Assembly: GCA_044221555.1 (NCBI GenBank)
Contig: JBGAOY010000002.1
Location: forward strand, 70,376-134,375
DNA length: 64,000 bases
Source of the DNA: Acidimicrobiales bacterium
GTDB taxonomy: Bacteria; Actinomycetota; Acidimicrobiia; Acidimicrobiales; DATDAH01
Direction of reading: 5' to 3'
The position numbers and the translations under genes are program-made. Positions 63,959 to 64,000 of this stretch are shown here, in pieces. The first letter of the stretch is position 1. Each line of letters begins with the position of its first letter. A model generated the notes under the pieces. It saw only the letters and a program-made list of their open reading frames with translations. It was not told the DNA's origin and searched no databases.

Positions 63959-64000
63959 TCCGGCGGCTCGGTCGCGTGGTGGCGCTGGTGCTCGCGCTGG
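63955..64000 (+). CDS. mceD: MCE-family protein (fourth), N-terminal fragment
   Basis: The GTG at 63955 overlaps the upstream stop (GTGA). 'VIRRLGRVVALVLAL' looks like a TM start. The gene is truncated by the window edge. Confidence 0.5.
   Translation, partial: MIRRLGRVVALVLAL

Overview
This is a 64-kb, very GC-rich chromosomal segment, roughly 70% GC by eye. It is most likely from an actinobacterium, possibly Acidimicrobiia-like, which is inference only. The clues are a mycothiol-type DinB-like enzyme, a DUF222-HNH gene, an LAxTG sorting signal, an mce operon, many GTG/TTG starts, and many 1-4 nt start/stop overlaps.

I can support about 50 protein-coding genes and one disrupted GH13 gene. 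I found no rRNA, tRNA, CRISPR array, transposase or integrase.

Gene content from left to right:
- a membrane sulfatase-like protein, a DinB-like enzyme and an ABC-F ATPase
- a cell-wall operon: OatA-like acyltransferase-SGNH, a zinc-ribbon/SPOR-like protein, and a Tat-exported amidase
- a DUF222-HNH gene
- a GH63-like gene followed by a frameshifted GH13 gene
- a TetR regulator, a secreted Zn-PLC-like protein, BI-1, and CapA
- a secreted FG-GAP protein and an LAxTG-anchored two-domain protein
- a DUF445/Abi-alpha-like pair
- GH38
- an orphan GAF-GAF histidine kinase, a PcfJ-like protein, a truncated globin, and a PlsC-like acyltransferase
- acetoacetyl-CoA synthetase with HMG-CoA lyase
- a ferredoxin-P450-PQQ dehydrogenase triad
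- a secreted HEFGH protein, an ABC-2 exporter, and a metallophosphoesterase
- a minus-strand signalling cluster
- two tandem TetR genes divergent from an mceG-yrbEAB-mceABCD operon

The most interesting candidate is the signalling cluster at 48.8-56.3 kb. It encodes an ECF sigma factor fused in cis to a ZAS anti-sigma motif, a FIST sensor and a GAF-GGDEF-EAL enzyme. These are bracketed by two paralogous degenerate-GGDEF-like genes that share a 13-nt upstream box.

Secondary oddities are several short tandem repeats at gene boundaries:
- 17 bp x4, carrying ATGs in all three frames
- 19 bp x3, carrying TGAs in all three frames
- 9 bp x8, encoding (His-Thr-Asp)8
- a 62-bp hairpin unit x2
- stop-codon-spanning duplications

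All family calls come from motif recognition by eye. No database search was run.
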